Assembly (NCBI GenBank): GCA_964016885.1
Contig: OZ024742.1
Location: 94,178,001-94,242,000 of the forward strand
Source of the DNA: Eledone cirrhosa
Taxonomy: Eukaryota
DNA: 64,000 bases
Direction of reading: 5' to 3'
The position numbers and the translations under genes were made by a program. Below, one piece after another: positions 14,100 to 27,855 of this stretch (its first letter is position 1; each line of letters begins with the position of its first letter). Under the pieces are notes generated by a model. That model was not told the origin of the DNA. It saw only the letters and a program-made list of their open reading frames with translations, and searched no databases.

Positions 14100-14262
14100 A
14101 ATGGTGATGATGATGATGATGATGATGATGATGTTTTTGATAAGAAAAAATAACAATATCAATAAAACATAGATGGCTAGAAGAAGAAGAAGAAGAAGAA
14201 GAAGAAGAAGAAGAAGAAGAAAAAGAAGAAGAACAACAACAACAACAATAACAACAACAACA
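14100..14262. repeat. Compound (GAT)n/(GAA)n/(CAA)n microsatellite
   Basis: Visible runs. Confidence 0.9.
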
Positions 14263-16289
14263 AAAGAAGAGCAAATGAAAGTATGAAGATGGGGTAGGGT
14301 GGAAGAAGAATAGACCCACAGGAAGACTGTTAATGAATTTCTATTTTGGATAAAATATGAAGAAAAGAAAGAATTAAATAATGGTTATATATGTGTGTAT
14401 ATATGCATGTATATATATATACATATATGTAAATGCACATATATAACCATTATTTAATTCTTTCTTTATATGTATATATTTAAAAAATGTAAATTACATC
14501 TAATAAAGCAAAATTATAAAAATAGGCAGCTGTAAATGACCGACATAGAAATGATTATAGTAGTAGTATTAATATCATGTGCACACTTATGCACAAGTCC
14601 ATAATCACATATGCACAAACATATTTTAGATTGGATCCAAGAAAGGAGCACTGTGTGTAATTTTAGAAAATACTCCACTTACCAGAACTGAACAAAACAT
14701 CTATGTTATTGCTGAAAATGTTTACTGTAGCAACCAAAGTCCTTCTAACCAGTACCATAGTGTTTTTAACATGGAACCAGGGTGCTTTCAGGCAGTTTGG
14801 TATCAAAAGGGTTTAGCTGTGTTTCTTTGAGAAAACTCAGCCACTATGTGGGATCACTCATCCGGTTAGAAATAGCAGCCAAATTTCCCTTCAAATTAAA
14901 TCCTCCAATTTCAACATTGAGTTGTGTATATAGACATGACCTTGTTATTTATCTTGACACAATTCTATATAATTTATAAATTATTTGAAGCCAGCACAGG
15001 CTTAGTACTTATATTATGTGCCTTGGAAGGATGTTAATCAAAGTTAACTCCAGTAGGGTTTGAACTTAAATGTAATTTAAATACGACAACTAATTATTTA
15101 GTCTGTCACTACTGAAGAAAAACTATTAATTTGCAAAATGGATAAACAACATTCAGGTGTCAATAGCTAGAAGCTCAAAAGCAATTCAAGAAATCAAAGC
15201 TAATTAGTGGTGGTCTGCAGATGTAAATATTTTTTTACTGGTAACATTTTTATAGGTAATGAATTGATGAAATCATTATAGTGTTGAATAGAATGGTTTG
15301 CTGTATGTTCTGGTATTCTGCTCTTTGAGCGCAAATTCTGCCAAGGTCAACATTACATTTGACCCATTCATTGCAATATTTCTAATAAAATAATTTTCAA
15401 ATAATTTTGGAAATAATCAAGAATTTAAAGAGATTTTGTAATATAACTAACTTTCTCATCATCAGTTTGGTGATGGAACATAACTTAAAAATATTTTTAC
15501 ATAAAATTATAATGGAAGGTTTTCAAATAAATATAAACGATTTAAAATAAACAGTTTTAGAGGTGATTTGGAATAAATAGCATTAAACTTTTTATGATAA
15601 ATAAAGAAGCAATTTAAGGTGATAGATTTGTAAAATTCTGTTTCTTTGTATTCTGAATTCAATTCCACCTCTTATCATTAGACTCAAAACAGAGGGAACA
15701 CAGGTATATAACAGTGACAGGTATATAATTTTAATTGTGCAGTGGGACCAAACCAACTGAAGTAACTTATTTGTTGAATTAATAAAATAAGTGCATCCTG
15801 GATAAATGCAATGAAAGAAAAGGTATTAGAGAAAAAAGTCTTTATGTTTCAGACCAAGTTCATCATCGGTGAGAGAGATAAAAGGTTTTTGTAGCCTTTA
15901 GCTACCGAAATGAGGTGGAACGGAATTTTACCTGTGAATATGTTTGTGCATGTATGTGTGTGTGTGTAGGTGTGTGTGTGTGTGTGTGTGTGAGGGAGAG
16001 AGGCAGGAAAGAAGGACAATTAAGAGAGAGTAAAGAGAAACAGATTGGGTGTTGTTGAAAGAGAATAAGGTTATATAGGAGGAATGGGGATTTATTGGTC
16101 AGAGCAATGTAGCTAAGAGGGAAAGTTAGTGGTTAGTGGGTCCTTAAAATAATTCTGAGTTCAATAACAATATAAACACATACATATATGCACAAACACA
16201 TAAATACATACAGATGTGTGTATTCACAAACACATAGATATATATATGCTCCTTTTACAAGTCTATATGATAAACAGGGGACAGAGTCC

Positions 16290-16525
16290 TCAAACACAGT
16301 GGGTCCTGTCAGAAGCAACTATCTATAACTGATCTGGATGGATACCCAATCGAGACCAGCCAAGCTCATGGATGTTATCCAACCATCTTGCTTGGGGTCC
16401 ACCGCTGAGTCTCCTGTTGTTTGGTTTTGCCTGTAAAATCTTTCTAGAGACATTGTAACCACATGCCCATAGTATTGGAGCTGGGATCTTTCAGTATGGA
16501 GAAATTGCGGCTCTACCTGGAGTGT
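16290..16525 (-). mobile_element. RTE-type LINE 3' fragment
   Basis: Similar to 2820-3030 (GATCTGG..CCCAAT.GAGACC..AGCTCATGGATGTTA). Confidence 0.6.
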
Positions 16526-17100
16526 TATGCTTTAAACAATAATTAACTGAGGAAGGAAATTGAAGGCATAATTAGAATTTTTAGCATAATGAAATAAACT
16601 TAAGTGTTATGTTTTATGAAACTATAAGTATGAAATGGTATTGAAGATATAAACAAAATAATTAAAACAATTATTTCAAATTTTAGCACAAGGCCAGCAA
16701 TTTGGGAGGGATGGAATGGTGATTATATTGCCCCCAGTACTTCACTCTTATTTCATATTGTTGACCATTGAAGGATGACAGGAAAAGTTGACCTTGGCAG
16801 AATTTGATCTCTGACTGTAATGAACTGGAACAAATACTGCTAAGTGTTTTTCTGATGCTTAAATGGTTCACTCAACCCACCAAATCTTTAGAATAATGAA
16901 ACAATATTGTGAAGATCTATAAATTCATGTGTAAAAATAGAAATATTATAGAATGCTAGACAACTTCACAGTAAACAACAATATATATACAAGCTTTTAC
17001 AGATATAGTTTTTACTATAAATTGTGAGTTTTATTTATATTTGAGTATGCATTTGTGTGTGTGAATATGAGGGTGTAGATGCATCTGTGAATGTGTTTGT

Positions 17101-17497
17101 ATCATCATCATCATCATCATCATCATTTTACGTCTGCTTTTTCCTGCTTGCAAGGGTGGGACGGGAACTGATTCTGGCTTGATTTCTACAGCTGGATGCT
17201 CTCCCTAACACCAACCTCATTTACAATGAGTGCTGGGTGCTTTTTTTTTGTGGCACCTACACGACCACTTTACAGTGTGGGCTGGGTGTTTTTTTGCTGT
17301 GGCACCTCCACGACCACTTTGTAGTGGAATGATAGGGACCCCAGTCCCTATCATCTCATTTCTACAGCTGAGTAAACTGGAGCAATGTGAAATAAAGTGT
17401 CTTGCTCAAGGAAACAACACATCATCCGGTCTGAGAATTGAACTCACAACCTTTCGATTGCAAGGCCAATGCTCTAACCACTAAGCCATGTACCTAC
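17101..17497 (-). mobile_element. SINE-B: tRNA-derived CORE-like SINE with (TGA)n tail and internal ~47-bp tandem units
   Basis: Head TGGCTTAGTGGTTAGAGC...GAGTTCAATTC, CORE-like CCTTGAGCAAGACACTT, (TGA)n tail; matches the copies at 21108-21550 and 56592-56895. Confidence 0.85.
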
Positions 17498-18248
17498 ATA
17501 TGTATGAATATGAGGCTGGGAGCATGCACATGCCTTAAGTATGTACATGTGTACAAGTGTATAACTATATGAGCAAGAATATATACACACATTTATGTAT
17601 GTATATATGTATTATGTGTGTCTGTATGGATATATATATGTATTATGCATGTGTCTCTGTATGGATATGTGTGTGTGCATTAGAGAATGTGTGTATGTAT
17701 ATAAATGTATGTTTGAATGTAAAGGCAAGGTTATACAAACAGCTGTATGTATCATTGTGAATATATGTGAATATAGATGCGTTTACACACACCTTTATGT
17801 ATGTTTGTAGGTGTGTATGTATGTATATACGTATGTATGTATATATGTATGTATGTATGTATGTTCTACTGGTTTTATGATTTTATCAGTTTTTACCAAG
17901 AGAGAGTTGGTTTCTAACATAGATACAATACTCTCTCATTGGAATTTATACAACATCAACTAGGTAGATATGTATGCATGTCTACATGCATACATGTGTG
18001 TGCAGGTATGGATGTTATTGTACATGTGGATATGGATGTTTTGAGTTATATGTGTGCATGTGCATATGTTTTGTATCCATACATGTGTACATGCAGTTAT
18101 TACATGCAGAATGTTTGGTATGTTTTACATATTTTTTACTGTTCCATTAATGGATTGTACTTGTAATTTCCTAACTAGTCATGTTCTTTCTGCTTCTGTA
18201 TGTATGTATTTATGCATCTATTATCTCTTTCTCTTAATTTCGAGTATA

Positions 18249-20985
18249 TTTTTTTGACCGGCCACCTTCCTGGTGGCAAGGTTGTAAAAGAAAAGAAATT
18301 GTCATCCCTTGAATTGCAAGAATGTTTTGCAAATTTTGAAGGTGCCAGCTATCGCAGCCATTTGTAGACTATGAATTAGGGAGCTGCGCTTTTTGTCCGC
18401 AAATCCAAGTTCAGTCATACTTTGGTCCAAGCGGGTTGGCATATAACCCGTAGCTCCAATAATGATGGGTATGAAGCTAAAGTGTATCTTGGATAATGGA
18501 TTTGTAAACTCCTCATCAATGGTCCGTAGATGTCCTCCTTCTCCTGTATTTTTCTGACAACGTTTACATCAAGTGGGCAGCTGATCTCCACAACAGAACA
18601 CATTTTCAATGTGTGGTCCCAAACAACAATATCAGGTCGGTTGTGCTTTAATTTGGTGGAAGTTTTTATTTTCAGGTTCCACCAGTATTCCTTAGTGCCA
18701 TCTGTCTCAATATATTCTTCCTCGTTTTCTGTTAATTTTGTTTTCCGAAGTGCGTTCCAGATGGATCTAGCTATCCCATCGTGTCTCATGGGGAGGTAGT
18801 AGCTAGATGACATTCTTTCACAACTGGTAACATTGTGGCTTTCATCCTCGATCTTTGTTTTACATAGCCTACATTTATTGTCAGCTGCTGGCCCTCCCTT
18901 TTCTGCAGCAGATATTTGGTAGGGAGTTCTTGTATTGCATAGAAATATTCCTCAAGGTGTGATGTCATAAACTTGTCGGAACTCCATGCCAGGCTCTTTG
19001 AGTGGTTTATCCCCTCTATGGTCTGTGTTTTACGTCTCAAGTATCCATGCACAACCTTTTCTGTAAATTGGTCAATTTTTTCATCTTGTTTGAACATTTA
19101 ATAGGATCTTCCGATTTCTCTGGGTGAGAGATTTATATCAGGCTTTATTCCATATCTCTCCTCCACATCAGTCGCTATTCTAATGATTATTTTTTTTTCA
19201 TGCTCATAAACCTGGGCACGATGGTTGCCAACCTTTTTCCTCTGTTGAAGATGTTACTTCAGTGTTACTATCCGGGTCTCATATGTTGTTAATATGGATT
19301 TTAGACCCCGGCCACCTTCCTTGCGTGAGAAGTATAGCCTATCCACATCACCATTGATCTTAAAGTTCCCAGTCACACTGAGAAGTTTGCGAGTTCTAAC
19401 ATCCATCTCACTTAGTTCTTGCAATGACCAGTTCAGCAGGCCAAATGTTGGCATTATAATTGGCACAGCATAAGTATTGTGGGCAATGTATTTGTTGTAC
19501 GCTGACAGTTCTGAAGGCCATATTTTCTTTACTCTTCTGAGGTATTCAGTTCTGGTTCTCTCCTTATTTATGGGTCCATCATATCTGACATTCTCATCCT
19601 GTCCAAGATATCTGTAGTTGTCACCTGACTGTAGAGGTTGTATTGTCAGGCCGTTCATCTCTAGATTTCTAGAAGAGGGCACAGCTTTTCCACGTTTTAC
19701 TGCCAAATATGCACACTTGGAGTCACCAAATTTCATTTTGATGTCTGTTGAAAATTGTGTAATGAGGTCCAATTGTTTCTTGATGTCATTGATGTTTGGC
19801 CCATACAACTTCAGGTCATCAACAAAGAAAAGATGGGAGATACTTCTGGACCCACTTCTTTGTCTTGTCTACCTTGTTTCCTGAGTAAGATAGTGGATTT
19901 AGTGAGAGAACGAAGAGTAGCACTGACAAGCTATCACCCTGAAAGATGCCCTTCTGGTAATGTATCTTATCAGTCTTAACTTGCTCCTTCTCACCTCTAA
20001 GGATCAAATTGGTGTACCAGTTCTTGCTCAGGCGTTCAACAGCAGCTACAAATGTTTGTGTGACTTTGGCTAACTGTAAAGCCTTAATAATCCACCCAGG
20101 AGGTACACTATCAAATGCTTTTTGATAGTCCAGCCACACCACAGTCATGTTTCTGCAATTCTTTGTTGTTTTTTCCTGAATCATTTTATTAGTTAGTAGG
20201 TGATCTATGCAACCCCACACCTCCCTCTTTCCACCAGCTTGCTCAGGTGTTATGATGTTGTTGGTAGCACAGTGATCCTGTAAGAACAGGTTAAGGCACC
20301 CAGTATATAATTTATATATGATGTTTTGGCAGGCTATTGGGCGGTATTTTTAGCAAGGGTGGTTTGGCTATTTTTGGGAATGAGGAGAGTAGTGGCAGTT
20401 GATAACCATCTGGGCAGTTCTTGTGTGCCTTTAATGGTTTCTGTAAACAGCCATATGAGATCTTGCCGATAGAAAGTGAAATTCTTCAACCAGTATCCTG
20501 TAATGAGGTCTGGGCCTGGTGATTTCCTATTCGACATTTTCTGTAGAGCTGTTTCCTGTATTGACCCATATATGTCATATTGTTTTGTCTGGACATGTTG
20601 GCAGTAGTCCTGTTCCAGTTCTTTTAGCCAATTAGTTTGTCTGTTGAAGCCGTCATCCGTTTCCCATGCAGATCTCCAGTAGCTCTCAACCTGTTCTTTT
20701 GAAGGGGTGTCATTTACAGGGATTGAGCTTTTGCCACCGAAGCTGCGTTAAACGGATTTAGGATCTCTGGCAAACAATCTATTTAGCACTTGTCGTTTAT
20801 GTGCTGTTAACTTATATTTTAGTCTTTCTGTTGTAGCTGTGAGTTGTTGTTTCAACTGGTGTAATTTGGAGTTCAAAGTTTTAAATTTTGTATCTCCAAA
20901 TCGTCTCTCTAACTTTTTTTTTAGGTCTTCCTGGTGTCGTGTGAAGTTGCTCTCTATGTAGCATTTCATAACGACTGCGATGTGT
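18249..20985 (-). mobile_element. Degenerate, 5'-truncated REL-endonuclease LINE (R4/Dong-related, second family) ending in poly(A)
   Basis: Frameshifted pieces 'KSPGPDLITGYWLK', 'WLDYQKAFDSVP', 'KGIFQGDSLS', 'YRYLG', 'EGGRGL', 'HNRPDIVVWD..VEISCP'. 3' hairpin GCCACC-AGGAA-GGTGGC then A7. Confidence 0.9.
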
Positions 20986-21107
20986 GAGATATTTATGTAT
21001 GCATGTTTGTATATATGTATTAATGTATGTATGTGTGTATTTATGTGTGTATGTATTTATGTATGTATGTATGTAGGTTTGTATGTATATAGGTATGCAT
21101 GTATGTG

Positions 21108-21550
21108 TCATCATCATCATCATCACCGTTTTACGTCTGTTCTTCCACGCTAGCATGGGTTAGATGGGTTGTCCTGTTGTGGGCAGTGTCCAGTCGGCTG
21201 ACCTTGTCTTGCTCATACGGGAACTGATTCTGACTTGATTTCTACAGCCGGATGCCCTTCCTAACACCAAACTCATTTACAGTGAGTGCTGGGTGCTTTT
21301 TTTCCGTGGCGCCTACACATCGATTTTACAGTGTGGGCTGGGTGCTTCCTTGCCGTGGCACCTCCACAACCACTTTGCAGTGGAATGATAGGGACCCCAG
21401 TCCTATCATCTCATTTCTACAGGTGAGTAAACTGGAGCAATGTGAAATAAAGTGTCTTGCTCAAGGAAACAACACATCAACCGGTTCAAGAATTGAACTC
21501 ACAACCTTTCGATTGCAAGCCCAATGCTCTAACCACTAAGCCATGTGCTT
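21108..21550 (-). mobile_element. SINE-B full-length copy
   Basis: Same head, CORE-like motif, internal tandem units and tail as 17101-17497. Confidence 0.85.
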
Positions 21551-21871
21551 ATGTGTGTGTGTGAATATTGCTAAAAATAACAGATGAATAGCTACAATAC
21601 CAATAACAACAATTACAACAACAATTCAATAATTCCACTAACAACAACAACCATATCAACTATGACAACTCCAACAACAACAACTATAACAGCAATAACA
21701 ACTAAAACTACAACAGCCATAGCAAATAGGACAACAGCTCCAACAATAACAACTATAACAGCCACAACAACTACAACAACCATATCAAATATGACAACAG
21801 CTCCAACAACAATAACAACAGTAACAACAACAACAGTGTTAACAGTAACAACAACCACCATTATAACAACT

Positions 21872-22059
21872 GGATTGGCAGTATCGGTAGAGGGTCGGAC
21901 GCCATGCTTTGGAGATACGGCCCATGGAGTTACGGCCCTTGCCATTCTGAGTTCAAATCACACCGAGGTTAACTTTGCTTTTCATCCTTATGGGGTCGAT
22001 AAAATAAAGTACCACTAATACACTGGGTATTTGCTGGCCTTGTGCCAAATGTAGAAACA
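21872..22059 (+). mobile_element. SINE-A with 12-bp TSD
   Basis: ATTATAACAACT at 21860-21871 and 22060-22071. Confidence 0.85.
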
Positions 22060-22131
22060 ATTATAACAACTACAACAAGTAAAATAACAATGGTGTCAAC
22101 AGTTACGGAACACAAACGTTACTATAATAAT

Positions 22132-22250
22132 TGTTTCTACTTTTTAGCACAAGGCCAGCAATTACCAGTACATTACTGGTACTTTATTTTATCGACCACG
22201 TAAGGATGAAAGGCAAAGTTAACCTCGGCAGGATTTGAACTCAGATCATA
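22132..22250 (-). mobile_element. SINE-A partial copy
   Basis: Reverse complement of body and B box, ending next to ATAATAAT. Confidence 0.8.
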
Positions 22251-22349
22251 AATAAAATTTGAAATATTTTTTCTTAACAGAAAAAGGGAAAAATCTGTTT
22301 TCAGTTAAACAAGAAAACCTTGATATCTGAAAGAACTTCTAATGAAGGG

Positions 22350-23045
22350 GATGATGAGAGGATGGTAGCGGTGGTGGTAGTGACAGGGTGGTGGTGGTAG
22401 TGACTGTGGTAGTGATGTGATGGTATTGTTGGAGTGGGTGATGATGTTGTGGACTGTGATGATGAGAGGATGGTAGTGGTGGTGGTAGTGACAGGGTGGT
22501 GGTGGTAGTGACTGTGGTAGTGATGTGATGGTATTGTTGGAGTGGGTGATGATGTTGTGGTCTGTGATGATGAGAGGATGGTAGTGGTGGTGGTAGTGAC
22601 AGGGTGGTGGTGGTAGTGAGTGTGGTAGTGATGTGATGGTATTGTTGGAGTGAGTGATGATGTTGTGGACTGTGATGATGAGGTGGTAGTGACAGGGTGA
22701 TGGTGGTAGTGACTGTGGTAGTGATGTGATGGTGTTGTTGGAGTGAGTGATGATGGTGATGTTGTGGTGGTGTGGATTGTGATGATTGAGAGAGTGGTGG
22801 TGGTGATGGTGTGGTGAAATGGATGGTGGTGTTGGTGAAGGTGTGGTGATCGGGATGATAGGAGTTGAGCGAGTGGTGGTGGTAGTGGTGTGGTGAAGTG
22901 GACGGTGGTGTTGGTTGTGACAGTGGTGAAGGTGTGGTGGAGTGGTGATGGTGATGGGGATGATAGGAGTTTAAAGAGTGGTTGTGGTAATGGTTGTGAG
23001 AGTGTTGGTGATGGTGATGTTGAGGTGGAGTGTTGGTGATGATGA
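22350..23045. repeat. 108-bp GGT/GAT-rich minisatellite (~3.5 copies) decaying into (GGT)n-like sequence
   Basis: ATGATGAGAG recurs at 22351, 22459 and 22567. Confidence 0.85.
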
Positions 23046-23789
23046 GGACAAGGATAACTTCCTATTAATTAATGGCTAGTATATCCCTCTGCCCATCAAT
23101 GGGAATACATACACACACACATAATACTCACACATGCACACACACATACACACACACATATATACATATGCAGACTCAAACACATATGTTATATACATAC
23201 ACACACATATACACATAGGTATACACAAACACACATTACATACATATACATTCAAGCAAACACATGTACATAAACATATATGCATGCATATATACACATA
23301 CAGACACAAACACACATACCACACATTACACATACACACACACACCATACACGAATACACATACACACACAGAGACACAAACACACATACCCTGCCATAC
23401 GCATGCACACACTCACCATAGATACTTACATAAATGTGTATACAAATACACATACATATTCAAACACACACATTTACCAGCTGCCTCTTAGATTTAGAAA
23501 TGAAGACATTTGAAAGCCGACAAAAAGATCAGATTAAATGAAATTACTTGTAAAACTTTTAAAATGTTCGAATTATAAAAATTAAAACATATATTAATAA
23601 ATACTGAAATATAAAACAATAAATTATAAAAAAAAGGATTTAAAAAAATGGCAATTAAATTAAGAAAGATAAGAAACAGTTAACAATTTTTCTTGGTATT
23701 TTTTACTAGAAGAGTAAGAAAGGCCAGCCTGAAATCAGTACTCAACACATTGAAGACACCATGATAAAATACTCTCTGTACACTTTGTA

Positions 23790-24945
23790 AAGTGACAGTG
23801 CTGGTGTCATAATAAAATGCACCCAGCACATTCTGTAAAGTGCTAGACCTGGTGTCATAATAAAATGCACCCAGTACCTTCTGTAAAGTGCTAGAGCTGG
23901 TGTCATAATAAAATGCACCCAGTACCTTCTGTAAAGTGCTAGAGCTGGTGTCATAATAAAATGCACCCAGTACCTTCTGTAAAGTGCTAGAGCTGGTGTC
24001 ATAATAAAATGCACCCAGCACATTCTGTAAAGTGCTACAGCTGGTGTCATAATAAAATGCACCCAGCACATTCTGTAAAGTGCTAGAGCTGGTGTCATGT
24101 TAAAATGCACCCAGCACATTCTGTAAAGTGCTAGACCTGGTGTTATAATAAAATGCACCCAGCACATTCTGTAAAGTGCTACAGCTGGTGTCATAATAAA
24201 ATGCACCCAGCACATTCTGTAAAGTGCTAGAGCTGGTGTCATGTTAAAATGCACTCAGCACATTCTGTAAAGTGCTACAGCTGGTGTCATAATAAAATGC
24301 ACCCAGCACATTCTGTAAAGTGCTAGAGCTGGTGTCATGTTAAAATGCACCCAGCACATTCTGTAAAGTGCTAGACCTGGTGTTATAATAAAATGCACCC
24401 AGCACATTCTGTAAAGTGCTAGACCTGGTGTCATAATAAAATGCACCCAGCACATTCTGTAAAGTGCTAGACCTGGTGTCATGTTAAAATGCACCCAGTA
24501 CCTTCTGTAAAGTGCTAGACCTGGTGTTATAATAAAATGCACCCAGCACATTCTGTAAAGTGCTAGAGCTGGTATCATAATAAAATGCACCCAGTACATT
24601 CTGTAAAGTGCTAGAGCTGGTGTCATAATAAAATGCACCCAGCACATTCTGTAAACTGCTAGACCTGGTGTCATAATAAAATACACCCAGCACATTCTGT
24701 AAAGTGCTAGACCTGGTGTCATGTTAAAATGCACCCAGTACCTTCTGTAAAGTGCTAGACCTGGTGTCATAATAAAATGCATCCAGTACCTTCTGTAAAG
24801 TGCTAGAGCTGGTGTCATAATAAAATGCACCCAGCACATTCTGTAAAGTGCTAGAGCTGGTGTCATAATAAAATGTATCCAGCACATTCTGTAAAGTGCT
24901 AGACCTGATGTTATAATAAAATACACACAGAACAATCTGTAAAGT
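23790..24945. repeat. 48-bp tandem array, ~24 copies
   Basis: Unit GCTGGTGTCATAATAAAATGCACCCAGCACATTCTGTAAAGTGCTAGA; 16-aa periodicity in the ORF track. Confidence 0.95.
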
Positions 24946-26305
24946 GGTTGGCATATACTGACTCTAACTGTAGAAATCATGCCAAAATATGGAATGTATG
25001 AGCAAGATGTGGTCTATCTGACCTACTTAGACTCTGACCATCAGAACCTGTATAACCCTTGAAAACATGGAAAGGGGACAGAGAATAATGATGATGATGA
25101 CAATGATGATTTAACTTTTCTAGAGACTCCATTGTTTCTTCCTAACCCAGAGTTGATCACAGTGTTAGTATTATTGTAATGGACCTCAGTTACTTTTAAC
25201 AATGGCTGTTTCAGTTTTTCAATCAACAGAACATGTTCATGACAATAACATATAAGTGGTTGACAATTCCACAGACCCATGTAACCTTAACATAATTCAC
25301 AAGGAAATTCAACTTAACATAATTCACAAGGAAATTCAACTTAACATAATGTGTGACAAGGTTGACCATTTGAATTACAGATACAGTCTATCCAATGGGC
25401 TTCTAAATAGTTTCTGTCTATCAAATTTCACCCACATATAATGGGTCATCACCATTACCATCATCGGTTTTACGTCTGTTTTTCCATGCTTGCTGGGCTG
25501 GACAGGTCCATTTCAACCCAGCATCTCTCCATACGCTGTGTTCCTACATCATCTTCTATGTCAGTCCTACCAATTTGAGATCAGTTCTCACCATCTCCAC
25601 CCATGTCTTCTTTGGTCTAACTCTACTACAGGTTCCTTCCACTGGGATTTCCTGGCACTTCTTCAGCATGTTAAAATAAATGACATGCTGGTGAATTGAA
25701 CCTGGGACCTAATACGTAATTATAAAGCACACTCCTTAACAATTTGTCCATGCTGTGGTCATATTTATTTAATACATATGTAAAATAAATATCCCTGTGG
25801 CCAACTATGGGTTAGTGAGAAATATTCTTTGTAAGTGTTGAATAATATTAATAAAATACAGGAAGCAGTTAATAATATATTTGACAAAAAAGTGAACGTA
25901 CTTCTCATGAATTGTTGATTAAACGGTGTCTTTAGCAGGGAAAAAGGGTAGAAAAACTTATATATATATACATATGTATTTGTGTGTGTCTCTGAGTGTA
26001 CATGTATATACGTAAAATGATGATGATGATATATCAAAATCGTTGCATTATGTCAAACAGAATTTTGTGTTGTATGGAGTATGCATGTATGTTTGTATAT
26101 ATGTAAATAGATGTGTGTGTGTGTGTGTGTGTATCGATATAGATATCAAATGCATGTGTACATGTGTGTGTGTGTGTGTGTGTGTGTGCATATATAAACA
26201 TTGACACGCACACACATAATTCTGTACGTATTTATCTATCATCAATATCTAGAAATGTATAATTATGTTGCTGTTTGTATGCTCACTCATAGGCATATGA
26301 TGATG

Positions 26306-26309
<4 letters not shown>

Positions 26310-26364
<55 letters not shown>

Positions 26365-26565
26365 GTATATATATTAATATATATATATATAAATATATAT
26401 ATATTATATATATACAATATATATATATTAATATATATATGTATATATATAAATAGATAGATTTCTATGTCTATTTATTGGCAGAGAGTTTATCCAACTT
26501 TTTACATAACTCCCATACATGCATATATATAGGAATATATATGTATATGTATATATATCTATATA

Positions 26566-26629
<64 letters not shown>

Positions 26630-26865
26630 TATATATTTATATATACACACATACATATATATACACACATGTATATATACATATATACATGTATATACAT
26701 ATATACATATATATACATATATACATATATACATATATATACATATATACATATATATACATATATATACATATATATACATATATACATATATATACAT
26801 ATATACATATATATATACATATATATATACATATATATATATATATATGTGTGTGTGTGTATATA
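26310..26865. repeat. (TA)n/(TACATA)n microsatellite
   Basis: Visible run. Confidence 0.95.
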
Positions 26866-27695
26866 AAGATAGAAATTTAGATACAAAGATAGCTGAATAT
26901 ACAGGAACATTCCATACATATGAATACAAAAACAGTAAAAACACAAAACCACAAAGCCACCCACCTGCGCTTACACACCCATCCTTTCACCCTACACTCA
27001 CAGTCCTCCCCCTATATACACATTCTCCACACCCCTACCACACAGTCCTTCCCCTACACATTATGGAATAAGTTAAACTGAACACAAAGGAGATCATTAA
27101 GCTTTTGTTCATGGAATAATGAACAGTGAAATAAAGGTCTATAATTATCACACACATACAATAGTAAAAAATATACATCACATACATACATACACATAGA
27201 GTGATACATGTACATTTACATACACACAGATATACATTACACTCACATATATATACACACCTACAGAGACACACACATACACCCATATATATACACACAC
27301 CTACAAAAACAGCACATACAAGCACAAATATATACACACATACATACACACATATAGATAAATACACATGCATATATACACATACATACATACATGCACA
27401 TTTAAAACAACCAATACCATTACAATCATCTGTACCACTACCATAACAACAACATCAAGAGAAATCAAGGTTAGGTTCTCCGTTTTCTCCACCACCGTCA
27501 ACCTTACTCCCCACCCCTACCACGTCCCTAACACACCCTGCTCCCGAACACAGGGAAAAGACTTTTTTTTAAATTGCAGGCTGCTTCCTAATTAGTAGCA
27601 ATAGTAATTGCAGCAGCAGCAACATCTACAGTGACGGCAGATGTTGTGGTGATGGTGGTTTTAGTAGTAGTAGTAGCAGAAGCAGCAGAAGCAGT

Positions 27696-27727
<32 letters not shown>

Positions 27728-27816
27728 CAGTAGTAGTAGTAGTAGTAGTAGTTGTTGTATTATTATGAGCAATAGTGTTTTCTTTTATTTCTTATACTGA
27801 CTGTTTCCAAATGCCC

Positions 27817-27853
<37 letters not shown>

Positions 27854-27855
<2 letters not shown>

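Noticed and set aside
15841-15872. Hammerhead-like motif as a functional ribozyme
   Set aside because: Core U4 is mutated and stems I and III do not form; kept only as a possible relic. The same applies to 55778-55818.
23680-24980. ORFs with 16-aa repeats; also CRISPR-like periodicity
   Set aside because: Product of a 48-bp tandem repeat with no unique spacers, derived from a SINE.
26428-27501. YIYI/HTHT/CVCV ORFs here and in other TA/CA tracts
   Set aside because: Translations of dinucleotide microsatellites.
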